DNA of 63,293 nucleotides, the filler included, from Octopus bimaculoides (Eukaryota): the NCBI RefSeq assembly GCF_001194135.2. It is 8 parts of 7 records of this genome, joined end to end, with 100 filler letters (N's around TTAATTAATTAA, not from the genome) between each part and the next. Parts side by side here need not be neighbours in the genome. Positions count along the whole stretch, not along the records: positions 60,822 to 63,293 come from NW_026302665.1; 7 more parts are not named here. One strand, 5' to 3'. Below, piece by piece: positions 60,915 to 63,293 of this stretch (positions are counted from its first letter, which is position 1; each line of letters opens with the position of its first letter). The notes under the pieces were generated by a model, which saw only the letters and a list, made by a program, of their open reading frames with translations, was not told the DNA's origin and ran no database searches. The translations under genes and the position numbers were made by a program.

Positions 60915-61177
60915 TTCATATTTTTTTCTCCGTGTTTTCCTCCTTATTTCTTTCTGTTGAAGAACGTAGCTCGAAACGTTAGAGACTTTCTCTATTCCCG
61001 AGCGTTAAACTAATACATCCTTTTGTTGTTTACACCACCTGACCTCGTCTGTTGTTGTTTTTTTCGTAAATTCTCCCATATATATTTTTTCTCCGTGTTT
61101 TTCTCCTTGTTTTCTCCGTATTCTTTCTGTTGAAGAGCGTAGCTCGAAACGTTAAAGACTTTCTGTATTCCCGAGCG
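60915..61177 (+). mobile_element. Tandem pair of PLE 3'-end (pLTR) units, each with a hammerhead-like motif
   Basis: Two diverged copies of tttCTGTTGAAGAGCGTAGCTCGAAACGTTAAAGAC 173 bp apart. The same tail occurs at 27633-27780 (-) and, degenerate, at 8190-8325 (+). Confidence 0.75.
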
Positions 61178-63259
61178 NNNNNNNNNNTATATATATATAT
61201 AATATACATGCATCACACACACACACATACACACACACATAATGCATGCATTTCAACGAGATTCATGTGGGTTCTTTCTTTCATTCTGTTTGTTTGGGGT
61301 CTTTTCTTTCCCTCATTTTTCCTGACAAAACCAATGAAAGTATATCTTTTAGCAAATGAAACCATTTTCTTCCTAAACCAGAGTTGCGGTCGATAAAAAC
61401 GAGAACGGACAACGACAGAAAGAAGACCAAGAGCAACAACAACAACAACAGCAGCAACGATCGCGAAACTAATCGTTTTGATGAAAAGGAATAGCCACTT
61501 AACTGTGTTGGCAAATTAATAAACATTCGCTCATTCTCTCTCGATTTTTTTTCTTTGTCTTTCTCGTACGCAGAGATGTTAACATTGTATTTGTTTTCTT
61601 TTAAGCAGAGCCACACCCGGAGATAAATTCTTAGTTTCGTACATTTGTTGACACAAGAGCACAAAAGTGACCAGGCGTGCGTACATAGATAGATACATAC
61701 ATATATATATATATATATACATACATAGGTACGTATGTAAATACATACATGCATACAAGCATAAATGAGAAACATATATACACGCGTGTGACATACGCTC
61801 TTAGCAATCTATGTATATATATTCAGAGAAGTATGCATGAATATACGCATGTATGTAAATACATATGCATACAAATATGTGTGAATATGTATGCATGTTA
61901 TATATATATATGTGTGTGTGAGTGTGTGTGTGTATACACACACAGACACACATACATACATACTTATTATATACGCACACACACAAGGAAACACGTAGCC
62001 TGAAAGCTGTTCCTGTCAGCTGATGTCGTGTAAATACTATACTTAATCTACACAAATATATATATATATATATGCATAAAATAATTTACACAATTTACAC
62101 AATTTACTGTAAAACACGATTTTCTTTCATCTTTTCTATCGAGTTTTTTCTTCTTGCTCGTTTTGTTCCGTTCGTCCATTTCTATCTTACGTTTTTTTTA
62201 CTGTTGTCTGCCATTTGCATTTGGCAGACGATCCGATCGATGTCAGTTTACGACTGCAAACTAATGTAAGCATAGCTGAAACACATCTGACTTCGATTAC
62301 ATAACTTCGATAAACACACGTTGAAGCCGTCAATCGTGAAGAACACTTATATAAATACAAACACACAGGATTAATACGGATAGGTAGGTAGACAGATATA
62401 ATATACACTAAAGCACACACAGAGATTTAGATACATGAATAAAAGAACACAGTAAAATATACAGTAAAATAGAGTAAAATAGGTTCTCAGGCACACGTAT
62501 GTAAGCACATACGTTCATAATGATATATGTTAGTTGAAGGAAACACATACAAACACACACACACATGCATAATCCTATCTATTATAGGCATAAGTCCTAA
62601 CATTTGGCATTTTGTACGGCTGCTAAATATTCTACTACCTTGTTGCTTTGTAGATCGNNNNNNNNNNNNNNNNNNNNNNNNNNNNNNNNNNNNNNNNNNN
62701 NNNNNNNNNNNNNNNNNNNNNNNNNNNNNNNNNNNNNNNNNNNNNNNNNATATATATATATATATATATATACATATCTATGTACATACATACATTGCAA
62801 TACAAACTTGTATGTATATACAGAATTGGCTAAAATGATCTTCGAGAGAAGCCTGTTTACAATTAAAAAAGAACACAAATTTCACTTATAGTTCATAATT
62901 TAATTCTACCCTACAGTTGTTTCAATGGAGTAAAATAAATATCGTAATTTATACAATTATGTAAAGAATAATTAATTATTAAAAAAATTATATATATTTA
63001 CATGTACATGTGCTTATTGTGTGTGTGTGTGTATGTGTGTGCGTGTATGTGTGTGTGTATACGTGTGTACAGTATACATATATATATATATAATCACACA
63101 CAAACATTATGGGTATATTCCCATATATATTCTCTCTATATATACACGTACATATGCATACATGCATATTTATTTCTCACGCGACTTGATATGGCATCTT
63201 CAATGGAATGAACAATGCATCTTGGCAATGTGTGGACGTCTATAGTTCTTTTAAATTAT

Positions 63260-63293
<34 letters not shown>

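Overview
Repeat-dense, AT-rich animal genomic DNA. The SINE, microsatellite and LINE repertoire points to an octopus; this is an inference and I ran no search. There are many N gaps, and seven of them contain an artificial TTAATTAATTAA all-frame-stop linker. Most long ORFs in the supplied track are microsatellite or N-gap artefacts. Real host coding sequence is on the minus strand: two spliced exons of the mitochondrial glycine carrier SLC25A38 (30173-30285, 19480-19564) and three in-phase exons of a YWTD beta-propeller from an LRP2/megalin-like receptor (55528-55706, 54104-54357, 53253-53427). The remainder is transposon-derived: Penelope-like elements (PLEs) of two types, R4/Dong, RTE, CR1 and L1/Tx1 LINEs, a complete non-autonomous Gypsy-type LTR element with TSD, PBS and PPT, a mariner/maT fragment, Helitron-like pieces and many SINEs. 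The most unusual signal is a set of about ten type I hammerhead ribozyme (HHR) motifs found by eye, all with self-complementary stem III and several with long stem II. At least three of them sit in head-to-head palindromes (5177-5320, 41866-42494, 44055-44373) in which one arm keeps an intact catalytic core and the mirror arm is broken. One PLE-tail family carries a non-canonical CUGUUGA core in three separate copies. All folding and alignments were done by eye, so repeat boundaries are approximate unless exact signals are quoted.
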